From Candidatus Latescibacterota bacterium (lineage in GTDB: Bacteria > Latescibacterota > UBA2968 > UBA8231), in assembly GCA_965215195.1 (NCBI GenBank), contig CBDCDC010000001.1:1120001-1184000 (forward strand): 64,000 bases of DNA. The letters are read 5' to 3'. Below, piece after piece: positions 9,642 to 18,448 of this stretch. The notes beneath the pieces are model-generated. The model saw nothing but the letters and a program-made list of their open reading frames with translations. It was not told the DNA's origin and ran no database searches. The position numbers and the translations under genes are program-made. Positions within the stretch are counted from its first letter, which is position 1. Every line of letters begins with the position of its first letter.

Positions 9642-10426
9642 AGGGCGATGGCGCGCATCTCGTCCGACCAGTCGCGCCACATGTCTTTTTGCGGCGGTTC
9701 CTGTTGGGTTTGTTCTATATCCTGTTTGAGAAAGTCGTAGAGCACGGCTTGGCGCAGTTGGCGCGAGGTGTTCGGGCTGGCCATGTGGCCGAGGCGGTGG
9801 TGCCAGAAGACGATGTCGCCGGCTCGGCCGTGGGTATCGACGGGTGTGCGCTGGTTGAATGCGGTGCGCACTTTTTCGTAGGCGGCTTCGTCTTGGTCGC
9901 GGAGGTACTGGGAAGTGAAGGTCGGGTAAAAGGCGCGATGGCTTTCGGGCCAGACCGTGAAGCTGCCGCCGTTGGGCGGCACATCGTCGATGTAGCCGAC
10001 TACGCCGAGGTGGAAGGGATGACCGTCGGTGTGGCAGCCTAGGGCTTGGGGCGGGTGGTCGCCGTAGGGCAAGGTGCAGTAGATGCCGCGAATACGCGTG
10101 GGCTGGACGAGCTGGCCCTTGCCGAGCATTTGCTCGGCCATGGCCCACACCTTGGGGTCGGTGGCCAGCAGGCGCACCATCCACGCCTCGCCGCCGGGCT
10201 CGCGGAAGTTCCAGCGGAAGCCGCGGCGGTGGTTGGCACCGTCGAGGTTTTCTTCGTCTGGGCGAAAGGGGCCAACCCAAGTGTCGGGGTCATTGCGGCG
10301 GCGGCCCGGAGGTGCGCCGTCCCACAGCCGGGCGCGGGCGCGCTCCATGAGCGCAAGGTTGAGCACGCCGCGCTTGATGAGGTAGCCGTTGCGCTTGAAG
10401 AAGCGCATTTCGTTGGTCGTCAGCAT
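9638..10426 (-). CDS. PhyH-family dioxygenase (canonical HxD)
   Basis: FFKRNGYLI, CHTDG, GGSFTVWPESH, GDIVFWHHRLGH. Confidence 0.88.
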   Translation of the reverse strand: MLTTNEMRFFKRNGYLIKRGVLNLALMERARARLWDGAPPGRRRNDPDTWVGPFRPDEENLDGANHRRGFRWNFREPGGEAWMVRLLATDPKVWAMAEQMLGKGQLVQPTRIRGIYCTLPYGDHPPQALGCHTDGHPFHLGVVGYIDDVPPNGGSFTVWPESHRAFYPTFTSQYLRDQDEAAYEKVRTAFNQRTPVDTHGRAGDIVFWHHRLGHMASPNTSRQLRQAVLYDFLKQDIEQTQQEPPQKDMWRDWSDEMRAIAL

Positions 10427-10578
10427 TTTTTCCCTGTTAGAATTGCTTGAGAAGGATAGGCAAAGGGCGTGCGCTTGAAAAGCCGCGATGCTGCTGTAAT
10501 TTACTATTTATTTGGAATCGAGAAAGCGAAAATCAGGTCGGATGCAACCAAGCTAGTCGGCATTCGCAGTAGACGTGC

Positions 10579-10607
10579 TTGACAGGTGTCAGGCGAAAAA
10601 GTAGTAT
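10579..10607 (+). promoter_or_regulatory. Putative sigma70 promoter
   Basis: TTGACA-N17-TAGTAT about 80 bp upstream of the ATPase gene. Confidence 0.55.
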
Positions 10608-10686
10608 GAAGGCGCGTCTTATGGACTTCGAGAATAGTCTGAACGAAAATCATATCTGAGTGGCGGGGAATCGGACAGGACAGAAG

Positions 10687-11775
10687 GTGGACAAACACTT
10701 TTACGAGACGCTAAAAATTGAGAATTTCCGCGGCATCAAGTCGCTGGAAATCGACGACCTCGCACGGGTTAATCTGTTTGTCGGAAGAAATAATTGCGGC
10801 AAAACCTCGGTGTTGGAGGCAGCATTTTTGCTTACTGGAATGTCAAATCCTAGCTTGCTTGTCAAGATAGAAAATTTGCGAGGACTAAATATCAAAGAAA
10901 GTTCCCATCTAAGGAATTTATTTTACCGTCAAAAATATACTGAAGGATTTAGATTATTCGGAAAGCAAAAAACAGAAAGCAGAGAACTCAATGTTAGTCC
11001 GGTATATGAAAGTTCCAATGTTGGACAAGTAGCTTCCGCTCCCTCAAACAGTTTGGATAGAGTAGGAGATACGATCGAAACATATATGTTAAGCTCGGCA
11101 ACCGAGCAATCATTAAATGGACTAAAATTTAGATTCACTCATTCGGCCCAAAAAAGTCGCCAATACGAACCTACAATGCGTTTGGTAAAGTCGGGGGATG
11201 CCCCGTTTAGTTTTCAATTGGACGAAGAATACAAGGAAACTACCCATAGTTGGTTTTTGACTCGGTTATACGGTGCGAATATGGTTGACAGGATGCTTAA
11301 CGAAAAGCGCAAGGACGTGCTAGTGAGCTGTCTTCAAGCTATAGAGCCGAAAGTTCAGGATATAAGGGTAGGGTTGGACGGGATTGTGATGGTCGATATT
11401 GGAATGGACAACTTCCTTCCGCTCAATCACCTTGGAGCGGGAACAATGCGTATCCTAAACATACTCTCCACTATCTACTGGGCTAGGAACGAGCTTTTGA
11501 TGATCGACGAAATTGAAAACGGACTCCATGTTTCTTCTATAAAAGATATGTGGGATATGGTGCTGGAGTCTTCTAAACAAAACAATACACAGATATTCAC
11601 GACGACCCACGGCAGCGACGTCATAAAGGGTTTGAGTATGGCCTTGAAGGACAAATCGGATTCAGTCGCCTGTTTCTGGCTGCATAAATTTGCTGACGAC
11701 CGGATCAAAGCCTACAGATATTCGCCCGCTGGACTAAAAAATGCCTTAGATGTGGGTATCGATATTCGCCATTAG
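10687..11775 (+). CDS. ABC-type AAA ATPase (AAA_15/AAA_21-like, defence-associated type)
   Basis: IENFRGIK, Walker A GRNNCGKTS, LGAG signature, Walker B LMIDEIENGLH, TTH; markedly lower GC than the flanks. Confidence 0.88.
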   Translation: MDKHFYETLKIENFRGIKSLEIDDLARVNLFVGRNNCGKTSVLEAAFLLTGMSNPSLLVKIENLRGLNIKESSHLRNLFYRQKYTEGFRLFGKQKTESRELNVSPVYESSNVGQVASAPSNSLDRVGDTIETYMLSSATEQSLNGLKFRFTHSAQKSRQYEPTMRLVKSGDAPFSFQLDEEYKETTHSWFLTRLYGANMVDRMLNEKRKDVLVSCLQAIEPKVQDIRVGLDGIVMVDIGMDNFLPLNHLGAGTMRILNILSTIYWARNELLMIDEIENGLHVSSIKDMWDMVLESSKQNNTQIFTTTHGSDVIKGLSMALKDKSDSVACFWLHKFADDRIKAYRYSPAGLKNALDVGIDIRH

Positions 11776-11777
11776 CC

Positions 11778-11819
11778 ATGCTGGATCCGCTGAAAAGTTT
11801 TCTGACGCAGAACTTGTAG
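11778..11819 (+). pseudogene. Probable C-terminal remnant of the ATPase partner gene (DUF3226-like)
   Basis: MLDPLKSFLTQNL* 2 bp after the ATPase stop resembles the LxPLKxFL end of such partner proteins. Confidence 0.35.
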
Positions 11820-12028
11820 AACGAATTCGCCGCATCGTAAGTACGCGTAAATCAGACATCTGCCCCCTTGACGAAGGCTCAAAGTGCTGTGTGAAAGGGA
11901 GCTCGAAATGACGGACGAGCAGATTGCGCCTTTCACTGACTCTTAGCTTCCGCCGTACTGGATCCGTGCCTACATTCCTTCATAGACAAGGTGCCCGATC
12001 CTTTCTACCCAAATAGGAGCCATTATAC

Positions 12029-12775
12029 ATGACCCAAGTAGAGCAATATCTGTTTGACCTACAGGGCTATTTGATCGTCGAGGACGTGTTGGATGCGGAA
12101 GCGGTTGCCGAGTTGAACCGGCTGATTGACGCTCAACAGATGGGCGCGGATATAGAGCAGGCGCAGGGGCGGCTGCACAGCGGCGGGTTTTTGACGTGGG
12201 GCCAGCCCTTTGTCGATTTGCTGGACCACGAGTGCATTATGCCGCTGCTCAAGGTGATTCTCGGCGACGGCTTTCGGCTCGACCACTATTATGCGATCTA
12301 TCTGGAGGCCGGTGCCGAGCGGCTCGGATTGCACGGAGGCAACACGCCCTACGACCCGCCGGAGTACTACCACTTTCGCAATGGACAGATGTACAATGGG
12401 CTGACGGTGGTCGCCTGGAACTTGGCCGACACCGGGCCGACGCAGGGCGGTTTTTGCTGCATTCCGGGCAGCCACAAGGTCAATTATCCCTGTCCGCAGG
12501 AAATCCGCGAAGCCCATGTCGAGGCCGGGTGCGTAGTGGTGCCGGAAGCCAAGGCCGGGTCGGCCGTAGTTTTTACCGAGGCGCTCACGCACGGCACTGC
12601 GCCGTGGCGGGCCGCGCACCAGCGGCGCTCGCTGCTGTTCAAATACAGCCCGGGGCAGCAGTCGTGGTCCAAAAAACACATTGAGCCGCCGGCCGGCGTC
12701 GCCTTGACCCAGCGGCAGGTGTTGCTTTTTGAGCCGCCGTATTTTCACGCGCGGGCCTCGCTTTTTGCCGAGTAG
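12029..12775 (+). CDS. PhyH-family Fe/2OG enzyme with HGG motif
   Basis: YLFDLQGYL, GLHGGN, GGFCCIPGSHK, FTEALTHGT, RRSLLFKY. Confidence 0.88.
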   Translation: MTQVEQYLFDLQGYLIVEDVLDAEAVAELNRLIDAQQMGADIEQAQGRLHSGGFLTWGQPFVDLLDHECIMPLLKVILGDGFRLDHYYAIYLEAGAERLGLHGGNTPYDPPEYYHFRNGQMYNGLTVVAWNLADTGPTQGGFCCIPGSHKVNYPCPQEIREAHVEAGCVVVPEAKAGSAVVFTEALTHGTAPWRAAHQRRSLLFKYSPGQQSWSKKHIEPPAGVALTQRQVLLFEPPYFHARASLFAE

Positions 12776-12853
12776 TGCGACAGATATAGGGATACACTCG
12801 TCACGCTAGATTTATCGCAGCTTGAGAATGCAATTCGATTGGAGATTTGAGGT

Positions 12854-13603
12854 ATGGAAGCACTGTTGCGCCCCTTTGCGTTTGGTGCTGCCGAACGGGC
12901 CATACTCGACCGCGATGGGCACTTCGCGCTGCCGGGCATCCTGACCGCCGCGGCTTGCGCCCAGTTGACCGCGGCGCTGGCACGGATCCAGTCGCTGCCG
13001 CACGGCGACGAGGAATATCGCCCCCCGCGTTTTGCCGCTGAATTCGACGCCTATTTGGAGAGCCTGATCGGGCATCCGCAACTGCTGGACTTGGTGCGCC
13101 TAGTGCTGGGGCCAGCGATCCGCTACGATCACTGCGTGGCGTTGAACCGCGCAGGGGGCAATCAGGGGAGCAGGTGGCACAGCCACGAGTACGCGGACGA
13201 CGATCCGACGCTGGGTTTTGTGCGGGTGTTTTTTTACGTCAATGGCTTTGCGGCCGACGATGGTGGGTTAAAGGTGGTGCCGGGAAGCCATTGGTATCGC
13301 GATCCGGATATTAGCGCGGAATCGGATGCCGAGTTGGCGCAGGGGTGGATGGCGGGGAAGGTACATGCGATTAGCGGTCAACCGCTCACAATTGAGGAGC
13401 TTGCAGTGCCGCCGGGGACGGTGGTGTTGATGTGGACGCATGCGGCGCATGGAGTCAATCCGCGCAAGGAAGACAGCGATACGCGGTGGTGCGTGGTGTA
13501 TGCGTATCGCAATCCGGGGCAGGAGTCGCGGGCGCGGTGGCTTAGTCCGAGCTTTGAAAAGAAGCAGATCAAAGGCGCAGAAGGATTGATGAGTTTGTAC
13601 TAG
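12854..13603 (+). CDS. PhyH-family Fe/2OG enzyme with HSH motif
   Basis: RWHSHEY, GGLKVVPGSH, MWTHAAHGV. Confidence 0.85.
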   Translation: MEALLRPFAFGAAERAILDRDGHFALPGILTAAACAQLTAALARIQSLPHGDEEYRPPRFAAEFDAYLESLIGHPQLLDLVRLVLGPAIRYDHCVALNRAGGNQGSRWHSHEYADDDPTLGFVRVFFYVNGFAADDGGLKVVPGSHWYRDPDISAESDAELAQGWMAGKVHAISGQPLTIEELAVPPGTVVLMWTHAAHGVNPRKEDSDTRWCVVYAYRNPGQESRARWLSPSFEKKQIKGAEGLMSLY

Positions 13604-13616
13604 AAAGGGAAAGAAG

Positions 13617-14732
13617 ATGAAAATCGCGGAGATTCGGACGTTTTTGGTGGGCAGGTTTTTGTTGGTGCGGGTCTATACCGATGCGGGGATCGTCGGCAAT
13701 GGGGAGGCCGGGCTGTGGGCGCACCACCGGGTGGTGAAAGAGGCACTGGACGAGTTGAGCCACTACTACGTGGGCAAAGACCCGTTCCGCATTGAGCATC
13801 ACTATCAGGTGGTGTCGCGGTCGGCGCACTTCATGGGCGCGGCGCTGAGCGCGGCGCTGAGCGCGATAGACATTGCGCTGTGGGATATATTCGGCAAGGC
13901 GGTGGATTTGCCCGTGTACCAGTTGTTGGGAGGCAAATGCCGCGACAAGGTAAAGGTGTACGAAAACGTCGGCGGACAGACGCCGGCGGAAGTGCGGCAG
14001 AGCGCGCAGGCGCGGGTGGAGGAGGGGTTTACATCGCTGCGGATGACGCCATTTGTCAGCGGGTTTGAGCAGCGGACTGGTACGGCCAACATAGCGACGG
14101 CCGTAGAATTGGTGGCCGCGGCGCGCGAGGCGATTGGGGACGAGGTGGATTTGGGGTTGGAGATCCACCGGAACTTGCGGCCGGAGGAGGCGATTGCCCT
14201 GGCCACGGAGTTGACGCCCTTTAAGATACTGTACTACGAGGACCCGCTGCCGCCACAGAGCTTGGAGGCCCTCGAGTACGTCGCCCGGCACATCAACATC
14301 CCAATCGCCACGGGCGAGCGGTGCTACAACCCCTTCCAGTTTAAGGACCTGATCGACCGCCAGATCGTCAGCCTGATTCGGCCGGACGTATCCCTGGCCG
14401 GCGGATTCACGCAGGTGAAGAAAATTGCCGCGCTGGCCGAGGCGGCTTTTGTCGGGGTTTTTCCGCATCTGATGGGCAGCCCTGTCAGCAACGCAGCTTT
14501 TGCCCAGCTAGCCGCGGCCATTCCCAACTACACGCACACCGAGCACAACGCCCTCAACGGGCCGCTGGCCGAGATCGTCGATGAGCAGCTACGAGTTGAG
14601 GACGGCTATCGGCTACTGAGCGAGCGGCCGGGGATTGGGATTGAAATAGTCGAGGACGCACTGGCGAAATACCCGTACGAACGCTGGGCGATTAAGGGCA
14701 ATTTCCACGCCGACGGCTCGGTGGCGCACTAG
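13617..14732 (+). CDS. Mandelate racemase/galactonate dehydratase-like enolase superfamily enzyme
   Basis: SAIDIALWDIFGK, PVYQLLGG, YYEDP, PIATGER, RPDVSLAGG, PGIGIE, HADGSVAH. Confidence 0.9.
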   Translation: MKIAEIRTFLVGRFLLVRVYTDAGIVGNGEAGLWAHHRVVKEALDELSHYYVGKDPFRIEHHYQVVSRSAHFMGAALSAALSAIDIALWDIFGKAVDLPVYQLLGGKCRDKVKVYENVGGQTPAEVRQSAQARVEEGFTSLRMTPFVSGFEQRTGTANIATAVELVAAAREAIGDEVDLGLEIHRNLRPEEAIALATELTPFKILYYEDPLPPQSLEALEYVARHINIPIATGERCYNPFQFKDLIDRQIVSLIRPDVSLAGGFTQVKKIAALAEAAFVGVFPHLMGSPVSNAAFAQLAAAIPNYTHTEHNALNGPLAEIVDEQLRVEDGYRLLSERPGIGIEIVEDALAKYPYERWAIKGNFHADGSVAH

Positions 14733-14741
14733 GATATTCTC

Positions 14742-15390
14742 ATGTTTGAGAAAATCTATCTCGATCCAGAAAACAGGTGTTTTGCCGAGATTATGTCCAA
14801 TAATAGGAGGTACGTTGTACCGCCATTTCAGCGAGACTATTCTTGGGAAGACGAACAATGGGCGGAACTGTGGGCGGATATTGAGCAGATGCGGCAAGGC
14901 CAGACTCAGCACTTTATGGGCTATCTGGTTTTGCAGACCGAGGATGGCAAGAGCTTTCAAATCTATCCACGCGATGCAGAGGTGCGCCAGCACTTTGGCG
15001 ACAAGAGTATGCCAAGCCGCCGCAGTAGCAAAAAAATTATGTTTCTGTTGCGATCAATTGAAACGCATTTAAGCGGCCAAGCCCCCCCAAAATCTGACGC
15101 TCGAACATGTGTTGCCATACAACCCAGGAGACGATTGGCAGGCTTATTTTGGCCGCGAGGTCTATGAAAATGCGATTGACCGCTTGGGTAACATGGCCCT
15201 GCTGCTTGGGCATCAAAACATGGGACAGGAGGTTTTTGAGCAAAAAAGAGAGAGGCTACAGGCTAGCGAGTATCACATTAATCGGCACATCGCTGAGTAC
15301 GCGGAATGGAACATGGACTGCTTAGCAGAACATCAAAAATGGTTGGCGAAGCAGGCCACCGCGGTGTGGAAAATATCTGAATACGCTTAG
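14742..15390 (+). pseudogene. Internally deleted GmrSD-like (DUF262 plus DUF1524/HNH) gene
   Basis: YVVPPFQRDYSW...HFMGYLV fused in frame to the C-terminal part; after a frameshift near 15085-15092 it reads NLTLEHVLP...RLGNMALL..N; the DGQQR motif is missing. Confidence 0.8.
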
Positions 15391-15562
15391 AAGCGGTCTG
15401 AAAGTTCCGGGAACCGTCCCTTGTGTGCAGCAAACAATTCTAGGATCGAGGGCGTCTCGCCCTCGCAAAACGCGCCATCCGAGGGCCGCTGGACTGCTAC
15501 TCAACGCGGTCCGCCGGGGGTTTGTCACGCCTAAAGGCGCGGTGAAGCAGACCGCTTCTAAG
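15386..15562. mobile_element. MITE-like element, copy 1
   Basis: Perfect 15-bp terminal IR CTTAGAAGCGGTCTG...CAGACCGCTTCTAAG; internal hairpins; second copy at 31445. Confidence 0.75.
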
Positions 15563-15575
15563 GCAGGAGAACGCG

Positions 15576-16487
15576 ATGATCGACCATGCTTTGCGCGACC
15601 AGCTAAAGGACGTCCACGCATACACTCTGACCATTTACCAGCGCGATGACCTCTACGCACTTGATTTGGACGGGTTTGCGCGCAATATGGCGTGGGCTGC
15701 CGACCGGGGGGTGCGGGTTTTCGTGGTGGCTGGCGGCACCGGCGAAAACGACGCACTGGCCCCATCCGAGCGCGTGGTGCTGGCCGAGTGTGCCCTAGCG
15801 ACGGTGGGGGAGCGGGCGCTGGTGGTGCCGACCTTGCCCGGCAACTTGGGCGAGGCCGCGGATTTAGCGCCGCGCTACGAGGCGTTGGGGTTGCGCGTGG
15901 CGCTGGCTATGGCGCCCTACACGCGCCACCAAGTGCCCGAAGATCCCGAAGGCGTGTACCAATACTACGAGGCACTGGGGACGCGGTCGGGGCTGGCGCT
16001 GATGCCCTACAATACCCAGGGCTGGTCGGCCGAACTGTTCGAGCGGCTGGCCGCAGTGCCGCAGATCGCCGCGATCAAGGACCCCTGCGTTGAGCCGCAC
16101 CCCCTCTTCCGCGCCATCAAGCGGCTCGGCGACCGCTTCGTCTGGATCGGCAATAAGCGCCACGATCCGGGCGTGTTGCACTTCCGCTTCCAAGCCGGGA
16201 TCGAGGGCTTTACCGCTGGTTTTGTCAACTTCGCCCCCCAGCTAGAGCTGGCACTTTTCGCGGCCGCGCAACAGCAGGATTGGCCGCTTATGATCGAGTT
16301 GCAGGAGCGGCTGGCCCCCTTGGAGCGATTGCGCTCGCGCTTTGACGACGCCGGCATGCTCAAGGCGACGATGGAGCTGATGGGGCTAGCCGGCGGGGCG
16401 GTGCGCCCGCCTCGCATCAACGTGCAGCCGGCGGGGCGCGAGGCCATTAAAAAGGAGCTGCAGCGCTTGGGGGTCTTGGGCGGATAG
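15576..16487 (+). CDS. Dihydrodipicolinate synthase (DapA)-family aldolase/dehydratase
   Basis: AGGTGE, LMPYN, IAAIKD, LKATMELMG, VRPP. Confidence 0.88.
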   Translation: MIDHALRDQLKDVHAYTLTIYQRDDLYALDLDGFARNMAWAADRGVRVFVVAGGTGENDALAPSERVVLAECALATVGERALVVPTLPGNLGEAADLAPRYEALGLRVALAMAPYTRHQVPEDPEGVYQYYEALGTRSGLALMPYNTQGWSAELFERLAAVPQIAAIKDPCVEPHPLFRAIKRLGDRFVWIGNKRHDPGVLHFRFQAGIEGFTAGFVNFAPQLELALFAAAQQQDWPLMIELQERLAPLERLRSRFDDAGMLKATMELMGLAGGAVRPPRINVQPAGREAIKKELQRLGVLGG

Positions 16488-16558
16488 GCTGCCCGCGCAC
16501 CCGGCGGGAATAACGTCAGTTAGTTAGAACAAATGTCCACAAGCGACGCCCCTACAAG

Positions 16559-18445
16559 GTGTTAACGTTGTACGATCCCGCAGTGCAAAAGCAAACGTTG
16601 CCCTTGCTCCCCATCACCTTGCTGGGGGTAGCTGTCGATCTGTGGCTGCGGCCGACGCTCGACTTGCGGCCGACGCAGTGGGCGTGGTGGGGGCTGTCGG
16701 TGGCGTTTTCGCTGGCGATGTGGCAGGCCCTTTTCGCGCTCAGCAGCCGGTTGCGCCCGCGCTGGCAAACCGCGTTTGTCGGCGTCGTCGGCTTGGTGGT
16801 CGCCGCGCTGGCCGTGGTGTGGCTTGGCTTCCACGAGGTGTTTTACTGCTGGCCGACAGCTTACGCGCTCGTGCATTCGGCTGGCCATCCACGCGAGGCT
16901 TGGGGGTATATCTGCAATGCGGCCGATTGGGGAGACGCGGTCGTCTGGGTGGCGGTGGTGGTTTTTGTCGTGGGCTGGTGGTGCTACAAGCTGCGCCCGG
17001 GCCGCCAGTTAGCGCCCGGCCGAGTCTTCCGGCCTCACTATTGGGGCCGCATGTTGGCCGCCCTGTGCTTGGCCGGGGTGGTGGCTTTTGGCGCGGTGCA
17101 TCGCCACGCGAGCATCATGGTGCCGGATGCAGCGGCCGCAAAGCTGGCCATTGACCTTGCCGTCCACGCGCTCGTCGGCGGGGTACACGGGCGTTTGTTG
17201 CAGGCGAGCCGCCCGGCGGCGGGTGCAATCTACAGCGGTGCGCCCGTGGATGCGAGTGCGCCCAATCTCATCGTGGTGATCGGGGAAAGCGTCGCGCCCG
17301 GCCGCATGGAGCTCTACGGGTACGGGCGGCCAACCACGCCCCGGCTGGCGGCGTTGCGCAAGGCGCGGCCAGCGGATTGGGTGCAGATGGAAAAGGCCGT
17401 GTCCAATGCCACGGCGACCAAGGTGGCGCTGCCGGCCATGCTGAGCGGGCTGTTCCCGTCGCGCCCGCCCGTGGAGCAGCACACCTTCCCGCTGCTGTGG
17501 CACTACGCCCACGCGGCCGGCTACCAGACCGCGCTGATCTCGGCGCAGAGCTACGCGTGGAACAATCTCGAAGGCTTTTTCGTGGATGACGCGCTGGACC
17601 ACGTGTTTACGCTGGAGCGCTCGGACGCGCCCGTCGTCAACTCCGAAGGCATGGACGACCGCCGGATGATGGCCGAGACCCTCGCAACCATCGACCGCTT
17701 TGCCGCACGCGGCCCGTTTGTGGTGGCCCTGCAATTCAACTGCACGCATTATCCGGGCTACGCGCCGCCGGACTGGCAGCCGTGGCCGGACGCGAGCTAC
17801 GACAATGCAGTGGCCTATATGGATCACCTGCTCGGACGGCTGTTCGACCACCTCGCCGCACAGGACCTAGCGGCGAATACGATGGTGCTCTTTGCAGCCG
17901 ATCACGGCGAAGATCTCGACGGCGTCCACAAACTCCACCGCACGGATTCGTATTACCAGACCGCGATTGCCGTGCCGTTTTTTGCCGTCGTGCCCGAGCG
18001 ACAGCGGCGGCGGCTAGGGATCCGCTTCGATCAGTGGCGTCAGAACGCACGGGTGCGCGTCGCGCTCGCGGACTTGGTGCCGACCGCGCTGGACCTCCTC
18101 GGGCTGTGCGCGGATTCCTTGGTCGGCGCGTGGCAGGAGCGCCTAGACGGCCGTTCGCTCCTGCGTCCGCTCGCTAACGAGCGCCTGATCGTGGTGGTCA
18201 ACACGGACGAACACGTGCAGTGGTCGCGCAAAGGCTACGCAGTCGTGGCCGACGACTGGAAGTACATCAACTATAGCTGGCGCGGCACCATGCTGTTCAA
18301 CTTGGCGACCGACGCGCTGGAGCAGCGCGATTTGCTGGCCGGGGGCGCATCCGCGCTGAGTCGGGCCGGTCAGCGGCACCTGCGCCGCGTACGCGCCTTG
18401 GTCGCCAAGACGCCGGTGCTGGCCGACATCCATGTGGAGTACTGA
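16559..18445 (+). CDS. Membrane-anchored sulfatase-fold protein (phosphoethanolamine transferase/EptA-like)
   Basis: N-terminal TM helices; VVIGES, YGYGRPTTP, SNATATKVAL (Thr nucleophile position), YDNAV, ADHGE. Confidence 0.8.
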   Translation: MLTLYDPAVQKQTLPLLPITLLGVAVDLWLRPTLDLRPTQWAWWGLSVAFSLAMWQALFALSSRLRPRWQTAFVGVVGLVVAALAVVWLGFHEVFYCWPTAYALVHSAGHPREAWGYICNAADWGDAVVWVAVVVFVVGWWCYKLRPGRQLAPGRVFRPHYWGRMLAALCLAGVVAFGAVHRHASIMVPDAAAAKLAIDLAVHALVGGVHGRLLQASRPAAGAIYSGAPVDASAPNLIVVIGESVAPGRMELYGYGRPTTPRLAALRKARPADWVQMEKAVSNATATKVALPAMLSGLFPSRPPVEQHTFPLLWHYAHAAGYQTALISAQSYAWNNLEGFFVDDALDHVFTLERSDAPVVNSEGMDDRRMMAETLATIDRFAARGPFVVALQFNCTHYPGYAPPDWQPWPDASYDNAVAYMDHLLGRLFDHLAAQDLAANTMVLFAADHGEDLDGVHKLHRTDSYYQTAIAVPFFAVVPERQRRRLGIRFDQWRQNARVRVALADLVPTALDLLGLCADSLVGAWQERLDGRSLLRPLANERLIVVVNTDEHVQWSRKGYAVVADDWKYINYSWRGTMLFNLATDALEQRDLLAGGASALSRAGQRHLRRVRALVAKTPVLADIHVEY

Positions 18446-18448
18446 CGC

